In this document: piece by piece, positions 49,822-60,100 of the stretch
Numbering within the stretch: position 1 is the stretch's first letter
How the letters are laid out: each line of letters begins with the position of its first letter
Source of the DNA: an uncultured bacterium
GTDB taxonomy: Bacteria > Margulisbacteria > WOR-1 > JAKLHX01
Direction: 5' to 3'
Length of the DNA stretch: 64,000 nt
Assembly (NCBI GenBank): GCA_964597815.1
Contig: CAZQZN010000001.1
Coordinates: 151,965 to 215,964 of the forward strand
Made by a program: the position numbers and the translations under genes
The notes under the pieces: model-generated
Database searches by the model: none
What the model was told of the DNA's origin: nothing
The model's input: the letters and a program-made list of their open reading frames with translations, nothing else

Positions 49822-51935
49822 ATCTGTTATCAATCTTTTGTTTTATAAACGGTTTTATAAATCTTTCCATAGGTTTCTTTTTGCTCAATCTGAATAAAAA
49901 TAAAATTATAAATATTTACTTCTTTTTGTTCACTTTGTCAATTGCTGTTTGGAATGAAGGCTATGCTTTTATGTACAGTCATCCGGATCTTAGTACCGCA
50001 CTATTGATGGCAAATATTGGAACAATAGGAATTATTTTTATTCCATTTTTTGCGAATCTTTTTGTACAAAAATTTCTAGGTCTTGAAGAGAGAAAATTAA
50101 ATGCGATCCTCACAATAATTGCATTGTTCCTTTTGTTTTTGTTGCTAAAATTTGGGTTTTATTCAGGCGTAACTAATCGTGGATTTTGGAATTATCCAGT
50201 TGCTGGAAATTTAGATTTTTTGAACATTTTGTTTTATGTGGTTATTTTTACAAAGATAAATTATCAGCTTTTTTCTGCTTATATTAGAGCTAGTGGCATT
50301 TATAAAAAAAGGATTTTTCACCTTTTGTTTGCTTTTGGGCTGGGTTTTTTTGGTTTTGTTGATTGGATACCAAATTTTATTTATTGGTTTCCTCCATTTG
50401 CCTTTTTATTGTCATTTACATGGGTTGTTGTTATTGCCTATGCCACATTTTCTGTCCGTTTGATGGATACCGAAATAGTTATTCGCAAAGGTGTCTTATA
50501 TTCGATAACTTTGTTTCTAATATCTTTTCTTTACCTTTTTTCAATATATTCTGCCAGATATTTATCACATATTTTTTCTGTTGAACAGCAGATCTGGTTT
50601 ATTTTACCAGCGGTTATAATTGCTTCTATATTGCTCAACCCAATCCGCGAGAGGATGATAAATTATGTGGATAAAACATTTTTTAAGACAAGATATGAAG
50701 CAGATAAAATCGCTCATAAGTTTTCTGAAAATATTAAACGTTTAATGAAAGTAAAAGAGCTTAGTGAATATGTAGATAGAGCTGCAATGAGAACATTTAA
50801 ATTAAAAGGAGTTTGCGTATTTGTTTTTAATGAGAAGAGTAATGAATATTTTTGCCAAGATGCTCGGGGGGATATGAAAGAATTTGTGAATAAAACAATA
50901 AATCCTGATTCCTTATTAGCAAAAGAATTAAAGCGAACAAAAAAAGTATTAACAACTGAAAATCTAAAAATACTGATGAGAGAAAAAACAACAGATGATG
51001 AACATTTCAAAATGGCCAATGATCTGATTTGTGAATTAGATAATCTTAAAGCTGTAATAGCAGTTCCAAGCATTTCATATAAAAAAGATTATTCTTTAAT
51101 TGCTTTTCTATTGTCATCTGGCAAAAAATCAGAAGACCTTTTTTCAGAAACTGATATTTCTCTGCTCGAAAATATATCTAATTTGGTATCAATAGCACTG
51201 GAAAATGCAGAGTTATTTGAAGAGCAAATGGATATTTTGACTAAATCGATGAAATTGGAAAAACTTGCTGAACTTGGCAGGGCAACTTCAGAACTTGCTA
51301 AACAATCTGAGAAAGCTTTTGCATATATTGAGTGGTTTGCAAATGAGTTTCCAAACAAAAAAGAAGATAGGGAATTTTTATTGAAAGAAGGGAAAAAACT
51401 TGAAATAGAAACTGAGAAGTTTAAATTGTTCATGCTTGGCATTTTGAATTTTTCACGCCCATCGCCATTAAAAATTGTTTCTCTTAATGTAAAAAAAGTT
51501 TTAGATGAAGTAATTTTCATGTTGTTTGGTGGGTATGACGAAAAAGATAATCAAAAGATATCTTTGGCAATAAACTGTCCTGATTATTTAAACGTTTTGG
51601 GAGATCAAAACGCACTTAAACAAGTTTTTTTCAATATTATAAAAAATGCTATAGAATCTTTCAAAAAGGATTTTGGCAAAATTGAAATAAATGTTTTCGA
51701 ACAAGGCAATAATATAATAATTCAGGTAAAAGATGATGGCGAAGGCATTGATGATAAAATTAAAGATAGAATTTTTGAGCCTTTTTTCAGCACAAAAGAA
51801 GATGGAATAGGTTTGGGGCTTTCAATAGTACTGCGTTTGGTAAAGGATATGCATGGTTTAATAGATTTTGAAACGAAGAAAAATTTCGGTTCAATATTCA
51901 CAATAACGCTACCAAAAACAAATTCCTCAAACTGA
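49818..51935 (+). CDS. HK1-paralogous 7TM-receptor histidine-kinase-like protein HK2, lacking the phospho-acceptor His (Lys at the H-box position) but with intact HATPase N/G1/G2 boxes
   Basis: Same architecture as HK1. DHp helix reads KLEKLAELGRATSELAKQSEKAF, with the Lys codon aaa at 51300-51302 aligned to the His of HK1's IAHEVKN. N box FFNIIKNAIES, G1 DDGEGI, G2 GIGLGLSIV. Confidence 0.85.
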   Translation: MNLLSIFCFINGFINLSIGFFLLNLNKNKIINIYFFLFTLSIAVWNEGYAFMYSHPDLSTALLMANIGTIGIIFIPFFANLFVQKFLGLEERKLNAILTIIALFLLFLLLKFGFYSGVTNRGFWNYPVAGNLDFLNILFYVVIFTKINYQLFSAYIRASGIYKKRIFHLLFAFGLGFFGFVDWIPNFIYWFPPFAFLLSFTWVVVIAYATFSVRLMDTEIVIRKGVLYSITLFLISFLYLFSIYSARYLSHIFSVEQQIWFILPAVIIASILLNPIRERMINYVDKTFFKTRYEADKIAHKFSENIKRLMKVKELSEYVDRAAMRTFKLKGVCVFVFNEKSNEYFCQDARGDMKEFVNKTINPDSLLAKELKRTKKVLTTENLKILMREKTTDDEHFKMANDLICELDNLKAVIAVPSISYKKDYSLIAFLLSSGKKSEDLFSETDISLLENISNLVSIALENAELFEEQMDILTKSMKLEKLAELGRATSELAKQSEKAFAYIEWFANEFPNKKEDREFLLKEGKKLEIETEKFKLFMLGILNFSRPSPLKIVSLNVKKVLDEVIFMLFGGYDEKDNQKISLAINCPDYLNVLGDQNALKQVFFNIIKNAIESFKKDFGKIEINVFEQGNNIIIQVKDDGEGIDDKIKDRIFEPFFSTKEDGIGLGLSIVLRLVKDMHGLIDFETKKNFGSIFTITLPKTNSSN

Positions 51936-51990
51936 TTTTGGTTATTTGTTTTGATTGCGTGATATAATTTCTTAAAAGGAGTAGTTGCCA

Positions 51991-54459
51991 GTGTTTGAGA
52001 GATTTTCGGAAAGAGCAATTAAAGTAATAAAAATTGCCCAAGAAGAGGCAAAACGGCTTATGTCTCGTGCAGTTGGGCCTGAACACCTTTTGCTTTCCAT
52101 GATAAAAGAAAGAGAACCTATTGTTATAAAAACTTTTGAGTCTTTTAAGATAAACCCAAATGATGTAAAGCAAAGATTGGAACAATATATTTTTGAGGAA
52201 AAGTTGCCACTTCCTCAAGAACCTCAATTTAGCGCGCAATTGAAACACTCAATAGAACTTGCTTGGGATGAAGCGCGTCAATTAGGGCATAGTTATATTG
52301 GAGTAGAACATCTCTTTTTAGGAGTTCTAAGAGAGGGAAGCGGAATCGCAGGCCGAACAATGAATGAGATGGGGATCTCTTATAATTCTGCAAAAAATCG
52401 CATAATTTCTTCTCTTGGTGAAGAAGTTCATTACACAAAAAAAACAAGATCTTCAACCAGCACGCCTGTTTTGGACAATTTCAGCAGAGATTTAACAGCT
52501 TTGGCAAAAGAAAAAAAACTTGATCCAGTTATTGGCAGAAGCAAAGAAATACAAAGAGTGATTCACATATTATCAAGAAGAAAAAAGAATAATCCTGTTT
52601 TAACTGGGGAAGCGGGAGTTGGTAAAACTGCTATTGTTGAAGGTTTAGCGCAGGAAATTGTTGCTGGAGATGTCCCTCCATCTTTAATTGGAAAACGTCT
52701 GGTTACCCTTGATCTAGGTTTATTAATTGCAGGCACAAAATATAGAGGTGAATTTGAAGAAAGGCTGAAGAGAATAATAGACGAAGTCAGAAAGGCCGAA
52801 AATGTTATATTGTTTATTGATGAACTTCACACAATAATTGGTGCAGGCGCTGCTGAGGGCGCTATGGATGCTGCCAACATGCTTAAACCTCCGCTTGCAA
52901 GAGGAGAGATGCAATGTATTGGTGCAACCACATTTGATGAATACCGAAAAAAAATAGAAAGCGATCCAGCACTTGAAAGAAGATTTCAATCCGTAAAAGT
53001 TGAAGAGCCAAGCATTGAAGACACTATAGCTATACTAAAAGGACTGCGTGCAAGATATGAAGATTTTCATAATGTCGAAATAACTGATTCAGCAATAGAA
53101 TCTGCTGCAAAACTCTCCGCACAATATATTTCAGACAGGCACCTTCCAGACAAAGCAATCGATTTAATTGATGAAGCTTCTGCAAAAGTTATGTTAAAAG
53201 CTTCAGCTTCTCCAGAGTTGATAGAGATCAATAAAGAATTGGAAACAATAAAGGATGAAATTGACTCTGCCATAAGAAACAATGACAAAGAAAAAGCTGA
53301 CTTTTTAAAACAAAGAGAAGAATTCCTATTGAAGCGTGCTGAAGAAATAAATGCACTAAGAGAATCAGACAACGAAAAGAATCGTCCGCTTGTTGATGAA
53401 GAAGCAATTGCTGAAGTTGTTTCTTCTTGGACAGGAGTTCCAATTACTACCCTAACTGAGGAAGAAACAAAGCGTTTGCTTCGTATGGAGGAAGAAATTG
53501 CAAAGCATGTAGTCGGTCAAAAAGATGCAATAACTGCACTTGCAAAATCTATAAGGAGAGCACGTGCCGGATTAAAAGATCCAAAAAGACCAACTGGTTC
53601 ATTTTTGTTTTTAGGGCCGTCAGGAGTGGGGAAAACTGAACTTGCGAAAAGGCTGGCGGAATTTTTATTTGGGGATCAGGAAGCGATGATAAGAGTAGAT
53701 ATGAGCGAATATCTTGAATCTCACACGGTTTCTCGTTTGGTTGGTTCCCCACCCGGATATGTTGGCTTTGGTGAAGGGGGGCAGTTAACAGAACCAGTTA
53801 GGCGAAAACCTCATTCTGTTGTCTTGCTCGATGAAATAGAGAAAGCTCATCATGAAGTGATAAACCTTTTATTGCAGATATTGGAAGATGGACGTTTAAC
53901 TGATACTCAGGGGAGGACAGTAGATTTTAGAAATACAGTAGTAATTATGACTTCAAATGTTGGTGCTGAACATATAAGGAAAGAAACAACTTATGGTTTT
54001 ATTACTCGAGATGATGCTGAAGCAAGCTACGACAGAATGAAAGAGAAGGTTTTGGAAGAACTAAAACGGACTTTCAAGCCAGAGTTTTTAAATAGAATTG
54101 ATGAAACAATAGTATTTCATCCTTTGTCAAAAGAAGATCTTGTCAAAATAGTTGATATTATGATCAACGAGTTAAATGAGAGATTAAGAGATAAAGATAT
54201 CTCAATTGAATTATCTATGAAAGCAAAAGAGTTTATAGCTGATAAAGGGTATGATCCAAAATTTGGAGCAAGACCTCTAAGAAGAGTTATTGAAAACTTA
54301 ATTGAAGAACCGTTATCTGAGGGGTTGTTATCGGGCAAATTTTCTCAATCAAGCTACATAAAGATAGGAGTAAGCGGTCAGGAATTAACTTTCTTGCCAA
54401 AAAAAGAAAAAGGACAAAAGTCTAAGGAAAAAACAGCTGAATTTTCCCAAACAAAATGA
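51991..54459 (+). CDS. clpC: ATP-dependent Clp protease ATP-binding subunit ClpC (GTG start; the track's TTG at 51985 is less likely)
   Basis: Two Clp N-domain repeats, two AAA+ modules (GEAGVGKT; GPSGVGKTE) and a UVR-like middle region. AAAGGAG RBS 9 nt before the GTG. Confidence 0.95.
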   Translation: MFERFSERAIKVIKIAQEEAKRLMSRAVGPEHLLLSMIKEREPIVIKTFESFKINPNDVKQRLEQYIFEEKLPLPQEPQFSAQLKHSIELAWDEARQLGHSYIGVEHLFLGVLREGSGIAGRTMNEMGISYNSAKNRIISSLGEEVHYTKKTRSSTSTPVLDNFSRDLTALAKEKKLDPVIGRSKEIQRVIHILSRRKKNNPVLTGEAGVGKTAIVEGLAQEIVAGDVPPSLIGKRLVTLDLGLLIAGTKYRGEFEERLKRIIDEVRKAENVILFIDELHTIIGAGAAEGAMDAANMLKPPLARGEMQCIGATTFDEYRKKIESDPALERRFQSVKVEEPSIEDTIAILKGLRARYEDFHNVEITDSAIESAAKLSAQYISDRHLPDKAIDLIDEASAKVMLKASASPELIEINKELETIKDEIDSAIRNNDKEKADFLKQREEFLLKRAEEINALRESDNEKNRPLVDEEAIAEVVSSWTGVPITTLTEEETKRLLRMEEEIAKHVVGQKDAITALAKSIRRARAGLKDPKRPTGSFLFLGPSGVGKTELAKRLAEFLFGDQEAMIRVDMSEYLESHTVSRLVGSPPGYVGFGEGGQLTEPVRRKPHSVVLLDEIEKAHHEVINLLLQILEDGRLTDTQGRTVDFRNTVVIMTSNVGAEHIRKETTYGFITRDDAEASYDRMKEKVLEELKRTFKPEFLNRIDETIVFHPLSKEDLVKIVDIMINELNERLRDKDISIELSMKAKEFIADKGYDPKFGARPLRRVIENLIEEPLSEGLLSGKFSQSSYIKIGVSGQELTFLPKKEKGQKSKEKTAEFSQTK

Positions 54460-55814
54460 AAAATTTTATTTGTCAAATTTGCGGCGCTAAATTTCCTTCT
54501 TGGGTAGGCAGATGTTCGGAATGCGGTAATTGGAATTGCGTTGTGGAAGATGCACTGGATATTGCCCAAAGAAAAAAATCTTTTCCTAAAACGACAGGCT
54601 CAAAAACCGAAAACAAACCGCTTTCTTTATCTGAAATTCCCCTCCAAAGTGAGGAGAGAATATCATCAAAAATTGAGGAGTTTGATAGAGTATTGGGTGG
54701 AGGAATTGTAAAAGGTGCTGTTGTGCTTTTTACGGGGGAGCCCGGAATAGGCAAATCCACCCTTTTGCTTCAAATTGCCGATATTTTATCTAAAAAAGAA
54801 AAAATTTTGTATGTGAGCGGAGAGGAATCTCTTTCTCAAATCAAAATTAGAGCTAAAAGGCTTAATATCAATTCAGAAAACTTGCTAATTTTAACAGCAA
54901 CAGATGTTTTTGACATAGAAAATTACATTAAAAGCACAAATCCTGCGTTGGTGATAATTGATTCAATTCAAACTCTTGAAATTGAAAGTGCAAGTTCTTC
55001 TGCTGGATCAATTTCTCAGGTTAGAGAAAGTTGTTTGTATTTAACGCAGGTTGCAAAAACCAATAATATCCCTCTTATAATTGTTGGGCAGATTACTAAA
55101 GACGGATCAGTTGCCGGACCAAAGATGCTGGAACATATGGTTGATGCTGTTTTGTATTTTGAAGGGGATAAAAATAGGCCTTTTAGGATCATTAGATCTG
55201 TAAAGAATAGGTTTGGTTCAACAAATGAAGTTGGAATATTTGAGATGAAGATAGATGGCTTAAAAGAGGTTAAGAACCCATCGCAGTTGCTAATTGATGA
55301 AACTTCCATTGGCTTGCCCGGATCTGTTATTACTTGTCTTATTGAAGGTTCAAGACCAATATTAGTTGAGATACAATCTCTTGTAAGTTATTCAAAACTA
55401 CCTTATCCAAAAAGAGTTTTTACAGGTTTAGATTTTAACCGCGTTTCAGTAATTATTGGAGTTTTAGAAAAGAAAATAGGATTAAAACTTTCTGAAAATG
55501 ACATTTATTTGAATATCGCTTCTGGAATATATTCTGAAGATCCAGCAATTGATTTGCCGATTGCAATTTCAATTTCATCTTGTGTTAAAAACAAAGGGCT
55601 TGATTCAAAAACAATTGTTTTAGGCGAAATTGGATTAACAGGTGAAGTAAGAGCTGTGCCAAACTTGGATCAGAGATTAAACGAGTCAATAAAACTAGGT
55701 TTTAAAAAGGCAGTAATTCCTTTACAAAATAGAGAAAATGGGAAAACTTTTAATAGTTTAGAATTGATTAAAGTTGCAAGTATTAAAGAGGCCTTTGATA
55801 AATTGTTTAGCTAA
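54456..55814 (+). CDS. radA: DNA repair protein RadA/Sms
   Basis: N-terminal C4 zinc finger [21 protein letters not shown], RecA-like GEPGIGKST and KNRFG motifs, C-terminal Lon-like domain. Confidence 0.95.
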   Translation: MKNFICQICGAKFPSWVGRCSECGNWNCVVEDALDIAQRKKSFPKTTGSKTENKPLSLSEIPLQSEERISSKIEEFDRVLGGGIVKGAVVLFTGEPGIGKSTLLLQIADILSKKEKILYVSGEESLSQIKIRAKRLNINSENLLILTATDVFDIENYIKSTNPALVIIDSIQTLEIESASSSAGSISQVRESCLYLTQVAKTNNIPLIIVGQITKDGSVAGPKMLEHMVDAVLYFEGDKNRPFRIIRSVKNRFGSTNEVGIFEMKIDGLKEVKNPSQLLIDETSIGLPGSVITCLIEGSRPILVEIQSLVSYSKLPYPKRVFTGLDFNRVSVIIGVLEKKIGLKLSENDIYLNIASGIYSEDPAIDLPIAISISSCVKNKGLDSKTIVLGEIGLTGEVRAVPNLDQRLNESIKLGFKKAVIPLQNRENGKTFNSLELIKVASIKEAFDKLFS

Positions 55815-55824
55815 AATGGAATAA

Positions 55825-56058
55825 TTATATTTCTTTTTCCTTGATCAAGCCGAAAACTATTGCTCTTGCAATAGCATCGATTTGAGCGGTGCTTGCTTTC
55901 GTGTTTAAAGCGGAAAATTCCTGTGCAACCATTTCCCTAGTTGCTGAAAGTAGATCTTTTCCCGTCTTTGCTGGATTAATTCTTTGAATGTTGTTAATAG
56001 AATTTTTCTCAATTTCAGCTTTTCTAATCATATTAACATTATTGATTTCACTTGCCAT
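55825..56058 (-). CDS. Hypothetical small protein (77 aa)
   Basis: The ORF has plausible composition and runs convergent with radA and divergent from the ankyrin gene. I recognise no family. It may be spurious. Confidence 0.35.
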   Translation of the reverse strand: MASEINNVNMIRKAEIEKNSINNIQRINPAKTGKDLLSATREMVAQEFSALNTKASTAQIDAIARAIVFGLIKEKEI

Positions 56059-56253
56059 TTTTTTTGTCTCTCCTTATTGGATCTTGTTTTGGAGATCTCT
56101 ATAAGAACTATTTAACCCCTTCCAAATATATATCGTAATAAAACGGCAAAGATTTCATTTGACTAAAGTGATAGTCTAATATAAAATTTGAAATACGACG
56201 TGAAAAATGTCGATAACAATATTAGAGGGGTTTAAAAAGGAGGACAAGAAAAA

Positions 56254-56979
56254 ATGACTGAAATAAGAGAAATTGGTTCTTCTAATATTTCTTCTGCAAG
56301 AAATCAAAATGTTTCTGAGAGGGCTGCTGTTACAAAATCTCCAAGCTCAGCAGAAAGAAAAAACGTTGTTTCTCAAAATTCGGCAAATCAGACTGACTTG
56401 GCCAATTCTGACTTATTCAAGGCACTTGAAAATGGTGATATAAACGCTATTAAAACCGCTTTGTCTAAGGGCGCAAAAGTCAACGCAACAAATGAAGAGG
56501 GCTTAACCCCATTGATGATTGCTGCTAAAGGTGGGAATTTGGAAGCGGTAAAAGCTTTGATTTCAGCAAAAGCTGATGTTAATGCAGAGGATGTTTTTGG
56601 TTTGACACCTCTTATGTATGCAACAATTTTTGATAAGACAGAAGTTGCTAAATTTTTGATAAATTCTAAGGCACATATTAATGATGAAGTTGATGAGCTT
56701 GGCAAAAATGCTTTTATGTATGCTGTAACAAATAACAATGTTGAACTTGTTAAAGCTATGATAAACGCAAAAGCTGATGTCAATACTACAGATAACCAAG
56801 GTCTTACACCGCTAATGATAGCAGCATCAAATGGAAATGCAAAAATAGTAAATCTTTTGCTTGATGCAAAAGCAAAGGTAGATGTTAAAGACAATTTAGG
56901 TACTACGGCTTTGATGTATGCTAAAACAAATGGCAATGCTGAAATAGTAAAAGCGCTCATTGCTCATGGAGCAAAATAA
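56254..56979 (+). CDS. Ankyrin-repeat protein (6 repeats) with ~55-aa Ser/Asn-rich disordered N-terminal leader and no signal peptide
   Basis: Repeated G.TPLM.A...GN...VK.LI...A.VN modules; GGAGG RBS upstream of the ATG. Confidence 0.85.
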   Translation: MTEIREIGSSNISSARNQNVSERAAVTKSPSSAERKNVVSQNSANQTDLANSDLFKALENGDINAIKTALSKGAKVNATNEEGLTPLMIAAKGGNLEAVKALISAKADVNAEDVFGLTPLMYATIFDKTEVAKFLINSKAHINDEVDELGKNAFMYAVTNNNVELVKAMINAKADVNTTDNQGLTPLMIAASNGNAKIVNLLLDAKAKVDVKDNLGTTALMYAKTNGNAEIVKALIAHGAK

Positions 56980-57167
56980 AAACAAGTTGCGAAAAAACAG
57001 GCCTTAATAAATAAACACACAAACGCTACTTTATAAGTGTATTATTAATGACAGCTTCAAACCAAGCTAAGTAAATAGCAATTAAACATTTCCATAGCAA
57101 AGTTTATAGAGCAACAATAAATAGATTTTGGCGTCTTTTTAATTTTTGGGTTTGATGAAATGAAATT

Positions 57168-60100
57168 CTATTTTCTATATGGTCCAACCCCGTATTTTTC
57201 TTGAGCTTTTCTTATTCTTTCTTTTCTTGCAGCTTTTTCCGCTTCTTTATTTTTGTCAACTAATTCAACCGGTGGTTTATTTTCATTAATTTTTCTTTGA
57301 GTTTTACCTTTATTCTGTTCTTTAGGGAACATAGGTGTCATTAATTTAGATGGATCTTCCTCTTGGCCAGTATTCATATCGTGAACATCTTTTTCTCTAT
57401 TTTTGTCTTTTCTAATTTCTCCTTTAATCTTATTAATAGACGAATTTGCAATATAACCTGGTTTTGTTGAGGTTTTGTCTTTTGTCATTACAGCGAGAAT
57501 CTTTTCCTTAATAGAAATATCATAAGGCAGATCCAAGTTTTCAGCTTTTAGTGTTCTGGTTTCTTGCATTATGATACCATTTTGATTTATGTAGCCCTTA
57601 TTGATCAAGAGATTCCATAGAGATTCTAATTCTGAGTCATCCATTATGCCTCTAAAATCTTTAATTGATACAGAACGGCTATTTTTTAAAACTGCCTGTT
57701 GCTTTACTTTCCCGTTTATTAATGCGGCTACAAATTCTTCAATTCCAAATGAGGCCTTAATAGGTTTTGCATCTTTGCCCCAATTACCTTCAACATAAAT
57801 TTTGTCCTTTTTCCTGCCAAACAATTTGTGTGAATTTGGCATTCTATTCATTGCAAAATCAGTCAGTTTTTCTCTTATTTGAGCTAACGTTTTTGAGATT
57901 TGCGCAAAATCTTGAGATTCTTCATTTCCAATCATTTCAGATATCATTCCGGCGTTTGCAGGAGACGTTCCAGCGATAGAAATCAATCCTACCGCAGAAG
58001 AATAAACTCCATTAATATCTCCGGCTTTTATTGCGTTGTTCAATTCTGAATATAAAGTTTTGGAAAGATTAATCAAATCTTTTTCTTTAGTTTCTTTTAT
58101 CCTTTGTAATACTTTGTCTTCAAGAGCCAATCTTTCAAAAGAAGATTGTTTTTCTAAAGCCTCTTTTGCAAAAACCTCTGCTTCAATTATTACAGATTTT
58201 TCTTTCATTGTTTTTTTATCTTTCGGGAGTGCAACTTTTATTCCGGAGTTTAATTCTGCAAGATATTCAGCTGGGAATTGATTTATAAAGTGTTCGATTT
58301 TTTCTTTTAAAGAATCCGGAAGCGATGACAAAACCTGTCCTATTTGCGCTCTTGTTTGAGGAGTATTGCCATTTTTATCTATTAAACGATAAATCAGATA
58401 CATTGTGTCTTCAAAAAGCTTGTCATAGAAAGCACTTCTTAATTCTTCAACATTTTCAAATTGTTTGGCTGAAGAATTTTTCAGTTGGTCTATATCAGTT
58501 TCGCTGATTATTTTTCTTTCAATTGATTCATTTAAAACTTCTGTGATTGCATATTTTTCTGTTAAGGAATATTCTGTGCTGTCTAAGTTTACAATGCCTA
58601 TTCTTTCATTTTGTTTAACTAAACCTTTTTCATCAATATATCCAGAATTTATTAGATCTTGCCACACTTTACTTGTTTTTTTGCCTACTTTATTAAAATC
58701 TCTTGGTGAAACTTTTCCAGCAGGACTTTTAGGATTTATTATGCCAATACCTTTGCCTATTTCTTTTAGCGGAAAGAAGATTGTGTTTACAATTTTGCTT
58801 TGAGTATCGGCAATTTTTCTGAAAATCCCATCTTTTTCCTCAATAGATTCTTTGGCGTCCTTATATATGTCTAAAAGTGCTTTTTTCTCTTTATCTTGAA
58901 TTTCCAAATTTGGCAGGATTTTTTCAAAATCTGGATTAAAAATCAGATCTTTGTCCTCTGGGTTTATAAACAGCATTTGTAATAAATCATCTGTAATTGA
59001 AACCTTCTTAAGCAGTTTTTCTCTATTTATGATAACAGCGCTGTTGTTTGCGTATGATTTGATCAATAAATCGTTTTGTGGCATATCGTCGGAGTCATTT
59101 TCAAGCCACTCAAAAGCGCCATTTTCTTTTAAGGTTGATAATGTTGCCAACAGCTCTTTTGTTTCTCTTTCGATTATGCCTTCATTTTTGGCCTTTCTAT
59201 TTCCACCAATCATTGTCAAAACATTTATTATTGGCAATCTTGAAGAATCTTGCCACCAGTTTGCGGTGTTTTGACCCAGTGCAACAAACTGGTCATCTAT
59301 TTTTCTTCTAATTAGAGCGGAAAGTCGAGGATCATCTGATCCAAAAAGTTCAATGGTCAACTCTTTAATTATTTCTCTCTTCTTGGTTATATCTTTTTCT
59401 GAATTGTAGGCCATGACAAGAGAGCCAATTGCTGCACTAGTTGGATTGAACGAGGTAACTGGAAGACCATTTATAGAAAGACCAGATTTGCCAACTCCAA
59501 CAGTAGTTTCACCCAAAATTTGTGTATCACTTGATTTAATGCCTTTTGTTGAAATTGATATATTTGGATTTCCATTAACATCCATTCCAACCCCAACATT
59601 TTTTACTTTCACGCTGCCCTGCATGCCATTTGGCCCATAACTTGATTGCAAAGAGGATTCTGGAGATAAAGCTACTGTTTGGTTCACAGACCAATAAGTA
59701 TCCCAATCGCCATTTGTGTTTGCAATGCCGGCGTCAACACCAACTGAGACGGGCCCTTGGCTTGCTCTAATTCCCAGACCCAAACCATATCTGTATGTGT
59801 CTTTTGTATTAGCCCATTCATTTTGTTTAAGATTAAGATCTTTGATATTTTCATATTCGCCAAACACAGATAAAGTTGTGTCAAAAGTGATGTTTTGTTT
59901 GTCAAGATGAAACTTTTTATTAACTCCAATCTCGCCTCTCAATCTGTAAAACTCTGCTAATTTAAGAATAGCTTCATTTTCGGAATGGCCTTGATAAAGA
60001 GTTTTTGTCCCATTTTTGTTTTTCATCATTATACTGGTGCCAACAGGTGTCTTAGTAATTATTAGTTGATATGCTAATTTTGGATCTTCCCAAGTGTTTG

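Noticed and set aside
51936-51990. CtsR operator (GGTCAAA direct repeat) upstream of clpC
   Set aside because: No GGTCAAA-NAN-GGTCAAA heptad repeat is present. Only a generic sigma70-like TTGGTT/TATAAT pair is seen.
55825-56058. 77-aa ORF as the anti-sigma-28 factor FlgM
   Set aside because: Its size is similar, but the conserved C-terminal FlgM helix motif (..IKAAIESGTYKVD..) is absent, and there are no flagellar genes in the window.
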